DNA from: Ophelia neglecta
Lineage: Eukaryota
DNA length: 64,000 nucleotides
Direction: 5' to 3'
NCBI GenBank assembly: GCA_965285935.1
Contig: OZ260661.1
Span: forward strand, 48,484,001 to 48,548,000
The notes below the pieces were generated by a model that was not told the origin of the DNA, searched no databases, and worked only from the letters and a program-made list of their open reading frames with translations. The translations under genes were made by a program, and so were the position numbers. Positions 26,101-40,319 of this stretch are shown here, piece by piece (the first letter of the stretch is position 1; every line of letters begins with the position of its first letter).

Positions 26101-29100
26101 CATCATACGTCAGACAAAACATGCATAGTAAACAATTAAAGAGATCCATTTTATCCAGAGATTATTCAAAGGGGATCGAATAAAATCGATCAATGTCGAT
26201 CAAACCCGCTTCATGTAACAGTTACGCCTATGGGTAAATTAGTAAAGACATCTTATGGGAGAGCCCTCTAAATTAATTCAGTACGTTTGCCTGCAGATAA
26301 AAGTGGTCTACCGGATTACGGGGGGGGGGGGGGGGAACTTATTATCCGTTATAGCAATCATAACTTTATATAACGACTCAGTGTCAGTACGCAAAGACCA
26401 CTGCCTGCAAAAATCCTACACTATCGTAATTGTATAAACATAAAACATCTGGAAGAATCCAACAAGGAGAAGCTTGCATCTGTTTATTACGAAAAAGTTT
26501 AAATTTTGCAACTGGATACCTGCAGTTCTTTCAATTAGAATTGGATGATTCTCCATGTTCAATGTGTGTTTGAGATACTGTTTGTTCGAGAAGTCCTCAA
26601 CATTTGATCAGTTCTGTCTGCCGGGTATCCTTTACAGTGTATGTACAATCCCGTAAACTGCTAACTACATCTAGCTATTTGTTAATACGATCGCATCACT
26701 TACTTTAATTTTAGATGCTTTGACTTTATCAAACTCGTACAAAAGTCATTTCAACAATCTCGGGTTTCGCCGTCAAGACACTGAACAACAATACAGTAAC
26801 TGTGAAAGTTGCAAAAACAAACTTACATAGTTTGAAATAATAACACCGAAACCCGTGTGGGGCAAAACGATTTTCGGCGCATCAAGCATTATATTCTAAG
26901 TTTTGTTTGATAAATGACCGATCGTGAAACATTGAAACAGCAATGTCGTATTGCCAATAGGATATGAAATGAACTGATTGTTATCAACACGGCGCCTGTC
27001 GTAGTGCATATAATGTCAGATGTGTGCGAAAATTAACCGTAAATACATTTATAATCTAATAACGTTAACATTCCCAGCGGTCATGCAGAACAAATTTGAT
27101 GTGTAGATTTGCCAATGGTCTAAGCAAATATTACAGTCAAACTAACCGAACGTTGCATATGAACTCTGGTGACTGTTTTAGATCAAATCTGGTTCAACTT
27201 GTCCGATTTCCTATATTTGACCTGATCTCGGGGGATTTTTTTTCGGCCATTTGGTCAACTAATAAAATAAAGACTGGAGACATTCCATAGATATGCTTCC
27301 CCCGATGGAGATAATATAAGGCAATATATGAATATGATTGATTGATTCTCAACGAGCAATTGTCAATGCAACAGTTAATATAAGGGACAGGTTATCAAGA
27401 CTAGTGTACAAATTCATGAAATCATATATCATTTATTAACCATGATTGTCATTTAAAATGCTCTCTTATGTTCCGTTTATAATGACCCCTACGACATTTC
27501 AAAATGCATATAGCCATCAATGTGTATAATCAATCCTAATAGAATATCAACTTTAGATTTAAAGAGCTGCAATTCTTGCAGATATACACTAACACATAAA
27601 TGAATATTCGATTCGTTTCTATGATTCATATATAACAAAAAATAAATAACATTAAGTTAATATAAGATAGTTGAGAAAGGAATTGGCATAGATTTACTTT
27701 TTTTGTCACAGAGAAGACAATTTGTGAGTTCAACACTAGCTTTTTTCCCTATCGTTGTCGTCATTAAAAAAAAAACCTTTGTTTTATTGAAACAATTTTG
27801 TTCCATGGCGATTTCATTCATATTTTGTTTGCGGGGCCTTTTGATGTCGATATTGTTCATCAGTCATTTTGACCACAAAGGTTCCCGTTCTCGGTTGACT
27901 TTATTGAAGGGACTAACTTGACAGTCACGCCCCTCGCCTTTGTGTAATGACTCCCTGACCCGTCGAAACACAAAGCTACACTCCACATTTCATTGAAATC
28001 ACCAAGCTTCATTCAATCCACATGTTCACTTTGGTATTCGACTGAAAGCCGATTTAGTGTTAATGACCGGGTACCTAATGAAATCAAAATCATCCTTTCA
28101 CTCAAACACACATTCTTATCTACTCATTATTTACCTTAGTGGATAGAACAAGAGCAAATCTCGTTACCATTGGCCTTTACCTTTGAAATATGAACAAAAT
28201 AAACCGCCTATAAATCAACATCATCTATAATTGCATTTACTAAGTTCCTTGTAGGTTGGCAAGGCCAATTTTTAAGCACTTGTCCATATTATTGGTTCAC
28301 GATACGAATTGAAATAGGCTAGGTGTAGTGTCGTTTATAAGCATGGTAAGGCCAAAATGCAGCAATAAAACGTAGTTAAACATAGACCGTAGACTGCTAT
28401 GATGGGAAAAGGCAATATTCAGTACAACTACGAACAAGAGGCGCTCTGATGCGTGAAATATTGACCAGCTGAAAAGTAAATAGGATTACAGTTAATAATA
28501 ACAGAAGAGGCGAAGACTTGACTATCGTTCACCCTCAGCACGTTTGATCTAATATCAATATCGAGTCGGATGCGTAGCTTATCCTCCTTCAAATTGCACT
28601 CCTACAATATGCTCATGTTGTGATATAGGTAAATGATCTCATGATGATAGACTTATATGTTATTCTTCTGAACTATATCTTTAAATGCTTTGCGTCCTTT
28701 CATGTTTGTTCTAAATTAATATTATTCTTTTACCACAAAGAATATTATAATATAGTATCATTATATTGTGACATAATTAACAGTTCTTTATTATTTTAAG
28801 TGAACTTGTATTTTTTCTTCGAAAAAAGTCTTAAGGAGGAAATGTGCTTTATCTTGCTTGAATACTCTCACAGTTCTGACTGTGACAATGTTTTCTGAAT
28901 TCACTTTTTATTATTGAAATCACTCAATTAAACGAGTGATGTTGTCTTTATCTCATGCATCTCTTAGCATGCGTACTACATGTGTCTGATAGTTTTGGAT
29001 GTATACACATTAGTGAGTGGTACCTAGCGACTAATCAAATTCTTTGTAAGAGCCTTTAGGGAAAACAATAAAAAAGCGGGAGTGGATACCTGGCAGACAA

Positions 29101-29478
29101 TTGAAAATCATTAATCAAGGAAAGTCCATCCGAAATCCTCAGCTTCACCAGCCACAGGCTTCAAAACACCAATCCCCAGCTACCAAAAAGTAATTAAAGA
29201 CAAGCAATCAAATTAATAATACACAATTAAACTTACAACATGAACTATTTTATTTAGTTCCTTTTTGAGGTTTTTTAGAAATCATTGCACGGTTCATGGT
29301 TCATGGCGGTTTGCCACTTGGGAACACATCCCAAACTATCATTAGGGAGCACTTTCGAAAGATCATTCTATTACCTCGCAATTCCCAAAAGACTACATTT
29401 GTTATCTTTCATGAACACTGAGGGTCACTGTGTTATTTACTGTAAAGCTTTTATCTTAAGAGTTCTGTAAATATAATA

Positions 29479-29575
29479 TACTCAAACCTGCATTAAAGAC
29501 CACCTCCCAATTTAGACTACCTTTCTGTTCAGACCACCAATATGACTAACATTATTTACATCTGATGTAAAATAA
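29479..29575 (-). mobile_element. Truncated inverted copy of the same MITE family
   Basis: TA|TACTCAAACCTGCATTAAAGACCACCTC is the reverse complement of the right end of 29703-29879; similarity continues through ttcagaccac...atgtaaaataa. Confidence 0.7.
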
Positions 29576-29702
29576 AAAGTACTCTGGTCGTAGTGTAGCC
29601 GTAGAAGTATAGTAATTGTCAAGATGCTTTTGGAACATCATTTATTCTTAGAGATTAGGAAAGGAGCAAGCGCTAATGACAATTAGTGTGACTTTCATAA
29701 TA

Positions 29703-29879
29703 CAGTAAAACCTGTGAATTAAGACCACCTAAGGGACTGGAAAATACGGGTCTGATGGAGGTGGTCTGTTTAGACAAGTTATTTTACACTGAAAGAGTAG
29801 ACTATGGTCTTCATATTAGTGGTCTGAATAGCCAGGTGGTCGTAATACAGAGGTGGTCTTTAAGGCGCAGGTTTCACTG
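29703..29879 (+). mobile_element. Tc1/mariner (pogo/Tigger-like) MITE, 177 bp, TA TSD
   Basis: TA|CAGTAAAACCTG...CAGGTTTCACTG|TA; TIR similarity extends inward (ttaagaccacct / aggtggtctttaa); internal GTGGTC repeats. Confidence 0.88.
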
Positions 29880-30068
29880 TAGTATCGGTTTAAGTACTGT
29901 ATGTACTTGGTATTGCCTCATATGTTAGAAATGTTACTGACACTATGAGGCTTTAAATGATTGCATGTATAATATTATGAATGATAATAACATGATAATG
30001 TTCGAGTGTTATGATCGCCTATGACCAGTTTTGATGGTGATTGCAGCATATTATCATATATGGATGTA

Positions 30069-30235
30069 CATTGACACCTGTCTTATAGACCACCTCTATA
30101 TTCAGACCAACTGGTAATTCAGACCACTACTGGAATGCCATATTTCATACTTTCAATGTAAAATAACCTGCCTAAACCGACCACCCAATTATATTTCCTA
30201 GTCCCTTGGATGGTCTCAATTCACAGGTTTCACTG
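30069..30235 (-). mobile_element. Full-length inverted copy of the same MITE, 167 bp, TA TSD
   Basis: TA|CATTGACACCTG...CAGGTTTCACTG|TA; reverse complement begins cagtgaaacctgtgaattgagaccatccaagggactag, matching the start of 29703-29879. Confidence 0.85.
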
Positions 30236-33200
30236 TAATTAGCGATACTAACTACCGTCTTGCCAATATATACATTACTAATAACCTATATATATATAAT
30301 ATTATAAACATCTCTAGCGATAACGGCAGGGAGCGAAGCTCAGACGCACATGCCGAAGCAATAACCGCTTCTGGCTCAAAGGCTGTTGATTGTTGCTCCG
30401 CGAACTCAAATGTTCCCCCAATAAAATGCCCAAAGCTCCCCTCCCTCTATTGCTGACGGATAGGTAAGATCCATGCAGCTGTTCTGGCTTGTGTCTTGAT
30501 CAAATATGCTGCAAAGTCGAGGTTATGCCTTGCAAATGTCTAACTAATGATGGGTGAACTCGATACCACCAGGTATAAAATAATAGCAACCAACTGACCT
30601 TTAGCTCACCTGACCTGAGGAATTATCGCTATCTCAGACGATAAATTCAAAAAGGCTGTCGGAGATGTGCGAAAGGCCAGCCAGGGTGACATTGTGGTTA
30701 GGTATTAAACTAACTGAGAGTCTTTAAGCCTAAAAAGGTCAAGGTATATTTTTCGTTGCTGTAAAAATCTTACGATATTCTCCGCGTACGCCAAGTCATA
30801 TTCAATATTGTTGTTAAATACAGCACAGTACCATCGCTGTGCGTTTTACGTTTTCTGTCGAAAATCAAAGACTTTAAAGGTACTACGAACATGGTTAAGA
30901 AATCCACCAACTCATTGATTTATTGTTGTATTGTGATAGAGCAGTTGGGGGAAACAATGCCGTATGAAAACCATTTCCTCATTCCCGTTAATAGCTGGAG
31001 ATTATTGTTGTCTTTTAAAGCGTGGTGGGAAATGCTTCTTTGCAGTGCAAAAAGGTCATGACATTTAATAATGTGGGCGATAATAGGACAGGCGATTGAG
31101 TCATTTTATTAATTTAAATATGTAAGTTATATAATGACCTCCTTTGCACTGCAGAAGGCATAAAAAGAAATTCGACTGTAGATTGTGGCGACTACATGTA
31201 TAAAATTATTCTTCTTGGTGGTGAATGAGGCATCAGGTCCGAAATAAATACTTTACTCGGCAATTGAATGAAATAGATTCCTCTTCAATAGTACTGGCCG
31301 GCAGCTGAGAGAACCAACGATTAAACTCCAGGCCTAGAGGTATCTTTATCAGATTTGCAACAAGAAAAAGGTCAGACCTGATATCAGTACCCTGTGGTAG
31401 TTGGCAACGATGAATATTATCAATGAACATCTCCCCTGGGTTAGGCCGAAGAGAACGGAAACATGCAGCTAATCAGTACCACACCGTGTTCGTCTATTGG
31501 ATAATACCACCTTCTTGGGAAGCTCAATTGAAAGTAAGTTGAGCCAGCATCAGCAATGAATTCATGCGTGCACGTACACAAGAAAAAACCCTAGCTAAAG
31601 TAATGATGCTTTTCGGGATTAGGAATAAAACTCAGAGCTTGGCTCAATGGAATTTCATACTCGATACCTGTAGCAAGGTTAATAGAAAAAAAAGAAGACT
31701 TATCTATTTGTAAGTGTTACCAGACGTGTGTTGGCAAAATAAGTGGGCATAGGCTTAAATTTTGAACCTTAAAAAGCCGCATTGCCGAACTTGCTACAGC
31801 GATGTTAGCATTGTCTCCAAGAAACGAGCGAAAATAGAGGTTATTTGAAGATTTACTTTCACATTTCGCATGCATGTATTCTTCTAACACACACTTTCCA
31901 GTCAACGGCATTAATTATACATTTAATTTCCGCCAAGAGACGGCTGGTAGACGTTTTAGGTTTAGCGAGGCAATCCCTTGCAGGGGAGGAGTTCAGGCCT
32001 GTGCCACACTGACAAAAAAAACAGACAAACAAACCGAGAGGTGAACCATTAATGAAAGCGGTTTGATCCGGCCGACATTTTGTGTCTATTTTCTTACTCA
32101 TCTTTAAGGAATTTTTCATACTACTTAATACATGGGATGGATTCTTTTAAACAAACGTTTAGCTAACAGCTCCTGGTTTTGGTTTATACCAAATTATACT
32201 AAGAGCTATACAATGTGAGTCTGACAACTTTGACGAGTGTATAAATGACACGCTATTCAGCGCCAGCCTCGGTTGGGCAATAGTCATTCATTGAGTCTTT
32301 TACCGGAAGTCTTTATATTTGAATGAAACCTGTAACCTGACATCCGGTAAGTACGCAGCTATTTTCAGAGGTCAAGTGATAATAATTCGATATTTTAGGC
32401 AGGGTAACGTCAGTACTCCGGAAAAAGGAGTTTGTATTGTTATATATTCTGCCAGTCAGAAAAAGAGTGATATATATAACGGGGAGTTCCGTGAGGATGG
32501 TTAGAGGAAATGTTGCATAGAATTTTTTAACGATGTATAGCACTTAAAAAGATGAGTAAAATGCGACCAGATATAGCCTAATAAAAATGATCATAGCGTA
32601 CAATGGGCCTAATACCCTTTAACCATTGTTAATTGTGATGCATGTCAACCGGGCACTTCATTGCTACAAAATTTACTTTAGAAGACATATATTCTCCGGT
32701 TCAACCAGAGATATACACTGTCCAGGGTTCCTGTTTATTTAAAGTTAGAGCCGGAGGTATCAACATGGAAGGAATGTGAGAGATGCACACGTGTATTCAC
32801 AGGTGCTATTAATCTGACGATATATCTACCAAGTGTATTCAGAGGTCACTATCGGAGCAGGTAAGGCTGATAGTAACAGAGTAATGCACTGTAGTTTGCC
32901 GCCTCAGATGTACTGTACATGGTGTGAAGATTATACTCATGCTTGGGTACAATTCAATAGTACAGAGATCTCTATTTCCTTAATGATCATGCAAGACAAA
33001 TGTATCAAAGTAAAGCCTGAGGTTAAAAGGGCTATCAAGGGTATTTGCTAGTTAAATTTTGCAGGTGTCTAATGCGATTTATGAAGGATAATGTTGACAC
33101 CGACAGACGTTTAAGGGAGTCTTTTTCGATGCGTTGTTACAGTGTGCTAGGCACGTTGCTCTGTTTATTGTGACACTAGAATCGCTTTTAGTTGAAACCA

Positions 33201-33254
33201 ATGGGAAAACAATTCAGCTACTTATCAATATACATCCTTTTATATATGAGAATT

Positions 33255-33495
33255 AGGTGAATCAAGGCAAAGGGATGGGGACCGGGTTGGGCGGAGGAGG
33301 AGGAGGGGGGGGGGCAAGGTCACGGTATTGCAGCGGGGTATCTGAAGGGGGGAGATAACGTAATTGGCACTGCTTCTTACCCGGGGGGGGGGGGGGTTAA
33401 AACTGTGCATCGAAACGGGAGCAACGAATGCGCCTAAACCCGAACCCCCCCCCCCCCACCCACCTCCCACCCTTCGTATTAAATGACTACCCCTT
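33255..33495. repeat. G-run/C-run island with a canonical G-quadruplex motif; probable MITE remnant
   Basis: GGGATGGGGACCGGGTTGGG at 33272-33291; long G runs on the left and C runs on the right; ends in AATGACTACCCCTT, which resembles a MITE terminus, but no matching left TIR was found. Confidence 0.45.
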
Positions 33496-36400
33496 TAGCT
33501 GTACTTAGTTTGACATTCACTGTGGCCAAGTCCAACGAACCACCTTGACTAATCCGAAATGTTTGTGTGCGTCTTCCCGACTTTAAGTATCCCAGGCTAT
33601 TTAATAAGAACTTAACTCAAGCTACCTCAACTACATACTCCTAATATATAAGTTCATTTGTCATTTCACAATGTATCAATGCTTTTTGTCCAAATAGATT
33701 TGCCTTTGGTTGATGCATTTGTCCGTCAGCCAAATTGACTTACAGAGTCGACATGTTTTGACTAGTGATTTGAATAAGTTGGCTTATTCCAATGAAACTG
33801 CCTTAATGTGAGCCAGAAAAATATGCTTCTCTATTGGAACCGACAACCAGCTGTCTGATAGTATGGGAGATGGTGGAGATATTGACCAGATGCTCTCACA
33901 CCACTTTGAACCACTTTGGTGCCTCTTGTATAGCAGCACTGCTCAGGTGTAGATGGTCTAAAGCTCTGGCTGAAATCTACCCGTATTATTAGATAAACCC
34001 GCAGGCACAAACTTGCCATACCAAAAGTACATAACCTATCTTCTAAGCAGCCTTTCAAATGAACAAATGACATGGTAAAGCGAAAGTTTACCCCACTGTA
34101 AACAGTCGATAAACAGTTTAGTTGTGTTTCCAACTCCTAGCTTACACGAGCCTCTACTCCGAGGTTATCTCCCTTTAGACAAACAGTAACATAGAAGAAA
34201 TGTTGCGGACAAAATAACTCCATTTATCGCCGCCATTGCTGATCTAATACGTTCAGTCCCCCCTCCCACCGACGTGGCTCTATATAGATACTAGATAGTT
34301 TTTTGCCTGTTACTGAGCGATAAAGGCACGCGATATGGTGATCCCCATCAGTACAATACTCACCAGGGATAACTTACCATCATTGAGAATGACGTTTCCA
34401 ATGAGAGCAGGTAATTGGATGGAGTTTGCTCTGTACCATTTACGATGTAAAGAATGGGGTTAACGGTGTAAAGGCTCAGAGGAACAGAGTAGAGGTCATA
34501 AAAATAAAATGATAATGGATTTGCCCCCACTCAATATTTCTCTATGCCAGGAAATGCAAATAATTAACCTTAAACTACATAATCATCGTCTGATACCAAT
34601 TTCATGCAATGTTTCTGTAAAGAGTTATCTTGGAAATTATGATAGACTTTGTAATTATAAATTCAATGATCAATTGTAATCAAATGAATTCCTGTCTTAT
34701 TGGGAAGCAGTGACATTTCATTGAACATTAATAATAATTCTGTATATTTTTCGTAACATTTTCAAATTTAAGTGATTTTTACAGTAAAACAATCATTAAA
34801 TTTCTTGATACGTTTCTGATGCTTAAATTCAAACACAAGTGTAGCCATTAAATAGACATATATCATTTCCATTAAAGGCACCCTAAGTTCATTTAAAAAC
34901 AACAACGAAGGAGTACTGTGAGTTTACGCGGAAGGAGAATATAGAATTCCCACAGCATCTTTTTCAGACTAAGTATTGGAAACAAAAGAGGGGAACACGC
35001 TCCATTATACATACATGTATTCGATATTCAAACTTTTATTCTCGATACTCCACTTTTGATTTTTGAAACTCGATTATTTGACCTAAAACCCGAGACTTGA
35101 TAGTTAATAACACTGATGGCTGGCACCTACGAAGAACAGCGTTTATTAGCAGATATGGCGATCCATGATAAAGATTTGAAATGAAAAAAAAGAAGACTCG
35201 AGATTCAATGCGTGGTAACACGCACCCTACGTAGTGCCTGCATGGTGAATAACCGTTTAAGAATGTCCGTTTGTACCATGCTGTTCACACCACAGTGCTT
35301 TGCCAATGATAATGTTCCCTACAGTACAAGTAGTGGGGTCTTGGATGTCTTCTACAGCCCAGAACGTGACAAGAATACCACTGTCTGACCTATCGGGTCA
35401 TCAATGTCCTCTTCAAATCTCAGAAGGCCCCCAGTGGACCAATACGCTCCGAGCCTCTGGTTCCTTGGGTGCCATGCGATAAAAAGGAAGACGAGGCTAG
35501 GTGTTATCCTAAGGGACTCTTGGCCGCCTTACCAACTGTCAGGGCAGAGCCAACACAGAGGGCCAGGATACCCACTCCCGGAAGAGGAAAAAACAGGAAA
35601 CCAAAATCAGTCCGCCCATTGACAATCATTATAGCACAATGATGCTAGGAAAAAAATAATTCCATTATTTTAGAAAAGTAATTTCTTGTAAAAAGAAAAA
35701 AGAAAAAAAAACGGAATGAAAAATGTTTACTTTTTTTATATTAGGAAATTGCCCCATTTATCTTTGCCAAGAATATTGTTTTACCACTGCTAAAGGTAAT
35801 AATGAGGCTGGAACTAGATTCTGAAGAGTGAAATTTAACAACTTAAGGTTTTTCCGGCGACTCTTGTTTCAAGAATGATTTGCTGTAGGAATGGTGATAT
35901 AACATTAATTTTGTTCGGGTGATTCGTCTTACAAGAATCATTTTCTATAACAGGAGTAATATTCCTGGAAAGAAAATTGAGTAATTGTGTTCTAATCAGA
36001 AATTATTTTTTAAATAAAAAATCTATTTGCACGTATTTGGCAGAGCGGCCCTCCTGGCAATGGTGTACACATAACATATGTGTGAAAATGTCAAGATTAG
36101 AGGAAAAATAAATAAAAGCTGAAATGCATCATAAATCCCTTCTTTCCTTCTTTCTTTCTAAAACTTACGAGCCAAAACAATGGTGGTTGCTAAATATTTG
36201 TTTCTGTGACCAATTCTAGGCCTGTTTCATCTGGGCCGAGCATAATTAGCAGATGATGGCTCAGGCATATTTTGTTGAGGACATCGACAGCGGAAGTAGG
36301 AACATCCGTGTAAGGTTTACTCACCTATCTAAAGGAATATTCTCGCCCGTCAATCCAAAGTCTGAAGAAATGAAGCCAGCTGGGAGCAATAACGAAAGGT

Positions 36401-36854
36401 TGTGCCTACAGCCATTATACACCCATCCGGTAGGGCTGAGTTTTATTTCATGTTTGAGCGATGCTATTTTGTCGCTGGGAACATAGATGTGTTCGGAGTG
36501 AGGGTTGTAGCATGTGAGTTCCGAATGTGTTAGGATGGTGGATCTGGGCTGATTGAATGATAATTAACATTTCCGCGTGTTACACATATACTATTCAAAG
36601 ATTTTAATATAAACATATAAAGGCCTACATGAAAATGCCCGGACGCAAACGATAGCCACCAGTTGTTGGACGCTTGCTCCCCACGAATCATATACTAATT
36701 AAAACGGGTCATCAAGTGGATGGCGTCGTGTTCATCAAGTTGACGGGATCACGGTCGAAGTGGGGATCTTAAAGTGACAATTGTACCCGCATCCCTGGGC
36801 TTCCCACCAACCCTATTCCCTGCCTCCTTTAGCACAGCCCACCTTCAAATCATT

Positions 36855-36901
36855 CCCTCCCGCCCCCTTCCCCCCCCCCCCTCCCCCTCCCCCCTCCCCC
36901 A
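36855..36901 (-). repeat. Poly-C low-complexity tract (G4-capable on the minus strand)
   Basis: ccctcccgcccccttc(c)n tccccctcccccctccccc. Confidence 0.75.
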
Positions 36902-39900
36902 CCATATCAACTCCATCATGTCTCACAGCGACGAGTGTCGCTTCATTCAAGCCAAGTCGTATCTTATGGTTTATCACTTCCTTCAGTCGCAAAAAAGCAC
37001 GATGAAAGTGTCCTTTATCCCGGCTGTGTGGGAAAAGTAATCAGAATAAGGATGTCAATGGATAAATACCCCATATATAGTGGGCTTATCTTCGGTACTA
37101 CTAAAGATGTGTGTATTCTCTGCACAAGAAAACATTAGCTTAACAAGAGATCCTGAAAGAAAGCAAAGCAGGCTTCGTGGAGCGAGGAGTCTTATATGAA
37201 CCGGAAGAGAAAAAAAAGGTGAGGAAACATGGTAAATATTTGATTGATAGCCAAGCGTTTTGTTCCTCTAGGAGAAGTTACAGCTGATTACTGTGGCCGC
37301 TGAGATCTATTGTCCTCGTAAATCTTCTCACTAGTCAAGACATTTGCCAGGGCAGCAAAGTAATTACACAACATGCACAGGCAATCTTAACTGAAGCATA
37401 TTTAAAGTATTACCAATAGTAGTAAGATACGAAACTGTGATGTACTATTTTGAACAGAAATTGGGAAACCAATCTATCAATCACAATGTCCATCCATATA
37501 CATGTACGTCTCTATACGCTGCTATGATGATCAACTGCCAAAACACCGTTACTCTTCTTCCTCACTAGTTCATGACCAGTCTCACCATTTTGAGGGACGC
37601 TTTCCACAGCAATTTTAAAGATAATGAACAACATGTTCACAATTCAACGAAAGGAAGGGCCTTTATCTACATAAGGATCAACGATTTTACTTCTCCTTAC
37701 ATCGATGTGTCTTCAATAAGACAACCTTGGTACCTCTTGCACGGTTTACTATAATAATTAACTCCAAAGTTGATTGTGCGTTCGAAAAACTACGCCACCC
37801 AAACCATATAATTTTCTTGAGAATCTCGGGCACAATTTATGTGATTTAGTAGATTGAAGTCGAGTTAACTATTTTAAAAATATTACTAGCATTTATGGAT
37901 GGCCAATGTAGGCCATCTTTAAGACAAGCTTCAGTTTAAAATGGCATCGAACTCAAACTAGGTTATAACCGTCAGAAATGTCAGATGAAAGACAAACGTC
38001 TTAGGACAAATGGCCCAATCTGAGGGGCTAATTAGTCAAATTAATGTACAATGACAGTGGTGGCATGTACCACGGAATCTAGTATTACATAACTTAGGCT
38101 TATAGGTGTGTATTGTCATGACACTGTTGTCTAGTAACACAACCATGTTAGCTGATTAGTTGAATAACTAAAATAAGGAAAACTAAGCTTACAATGCTCG
38201 AATAACTACTGAGAAAAGTTCAACTTATCCCTTTGATGAAAGTCAAAACAGAAAATAAATTGAGTAAGAAGGAATTTGCCACAATTAACGAGTACCGGGA
38301 GTTTTGGAAGTACAAAGAAGAGGTTTCAACTAAGGGGGTTAACCATTGATACACAAATTAACCTGTTTGTAAAATCCTCGCATATAAACCAACTATATTT
38401 GTTCTGAATTATGTAACCATGAGATAAAAGAACAATTGGCTCTCTTTACAATTTTCAAAATTATGATAAATAGTCCTTTTGGGACAAGAAACTTAAAGAA
38501 AGGTGCCAAACAGCATTCAGCAGGTCTGCTTGCTAGTTAGGAACATTATCAAATAAATGCTCCAGCCAAAGGGGGTGGGGATTCTATATCGATCTGACAT
38601 GATGACACGTTCTAAGCTGATAGACAAACAAATTCATTCTGAAATTGTCCTTCCTTTGTCATGAATCAGACGTTATACAAGCAAGAATAAAGGCATGGTA
38701 TAATGACAGAAACTCTGCAGGGATTGTTTGAATTGAAAAATTGCTCCAGTGAACATGTTTTCCGCCATATTACTCTCTAATTAAGTGATTAAGGATCACC
38801 CAGGCCGAATGAGGCCTATTTCTTATCATAACACGCGAAAATAACAGCAGTAGCATTGTTTCATCACAGGTCCTTCAGCACGCAATGTTCTATTCACATC
38901 GCAGATCACAGCATTACTTTAAGCCATAAAAGTACATCCACTTTCTGTAAAACAAGCCTCCGATATTCGTATATAAAAACCCTTCGAGGAAGCAACAACT
39001 CTAAATTAAACCCTCACTATATATCCAAAATGTCAGATTGATATATATAATCTTATTTGTCATACTATTTCTTCAAGGAGGCCATGTAGGCTTAATGATC
39101 ATTACAAACACTAATGTATTGATTACCATACAGTAAGAACGGTTAGGACTATCTTTCACACCACTTTAATTTAAATGAAAATAAATTTGCAACTGGCTCG
39201 AGAATACGAGGCCAGCGGCTTCAAGCAATCTTAGCGGAAGGCTATGGCGAAAGTCATGGCGAAAATTAGGATGATGAATAAGGATTGGGTTATATATTGA
39301 ATAATGGAATTGTTTACTATTTAACTATTCATTTTACAGTGCCTTCTGCTTTGGCCGATAACAAAAAGCCTCGGAGTATGGTTTATTACCTGACTAGAGG
39401 ATTGTGTACATGGTTTTCTTTCTTGATAACAACGGGTCAGTGTCAAAAGCCGATACTTTTCTTCGGAGACTGACCTGACAAGTAGCGTATCAGGCAGGCA
39501 ACCGACGACGACGGACATTAATTTGTCTTTCCCCTGCTCTAATCATCAAAAAAAATATCATATAAAAATTGGTAAACTTAGTGGCTTGCTTGACGTTCTC
39601 ACTTATTGTTTGTGCTAAGCCCATTCATTAATCTCCACAGTCCTGTCGGTTGGCAGTTATGCTTTAATACTTTCTTCGTTAAATGAGATCAATATAGGCG
39701 AGGTGTAGTACCGGCGCCTCACTTAACTCATTAGGGCTTCCAAAGGTCATGTCATTGTAATTTACATTTTTGGATGAAATTGGGTTGAAGCAAATTCCGA
39801 TGAAGCATTATTATATTCACAAAGTGACAGCAAAGCAATATTTCGAGTAATAAATCAAGCCCAGCGGCCAATAAACTGCCGGTATTGTTTTTTAAAATTA

Positions 39901-40193
39901 GCTCGTGAAGGTCTTAAATTGTTTTTATAATTTGGTCCAACGTAATTACGCTCTTAAATTGACACATCTTGCCAGAAACATCAAATCATAAAATAAGAAT
40001 TCGATATTCGATTTTTTCCACACATAATGTTTAAGGTCATTTTACTCCTGCCTTCACCTAAGATGAGAAGACCGTAACAATACCCAAATGATGACTTTTC
40101 AAAGTCAAATAGCGAGTGGCGAGTAATAAAAAGCAGATTGGCGAGTTAAAAGGCGAATTATATAAATAAGATACTGTACTGCTATGAAGTCAT

Positions 40194-40258
40194 GGAGGGG
40201 GAGGGGCGGAGGGGGGGGGGACTCAGGAGCAGGAGGGTAGTAGGGGGCATGGGGGGAG
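40194..40258 (+). repeat. G-rich purine tract (G4-capable)
   Basis: Six or more runs of at least 3 G within ~65 bp. Confidence 0.7.
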
Positions 40259-40319
40259 CTGGAGCGGAAGCATAATGAGAAGGCCCCAGGATAGCATGGC
40301 GCGGGAGAAATGGGGTCAC

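Noticed and set aside
30386-30399. Partial matches to miR-315 (here), miR-124 (~34323) and miR-87 (~430)
   Set aside because: Only 10-13 nt match with no convincing precursor stem.
30598-30620. TTTTAGCTCACCTGA, like a Helitron/HINE terminus
   Set aside because: About 15 bp only, with no partner hairpin or element body.
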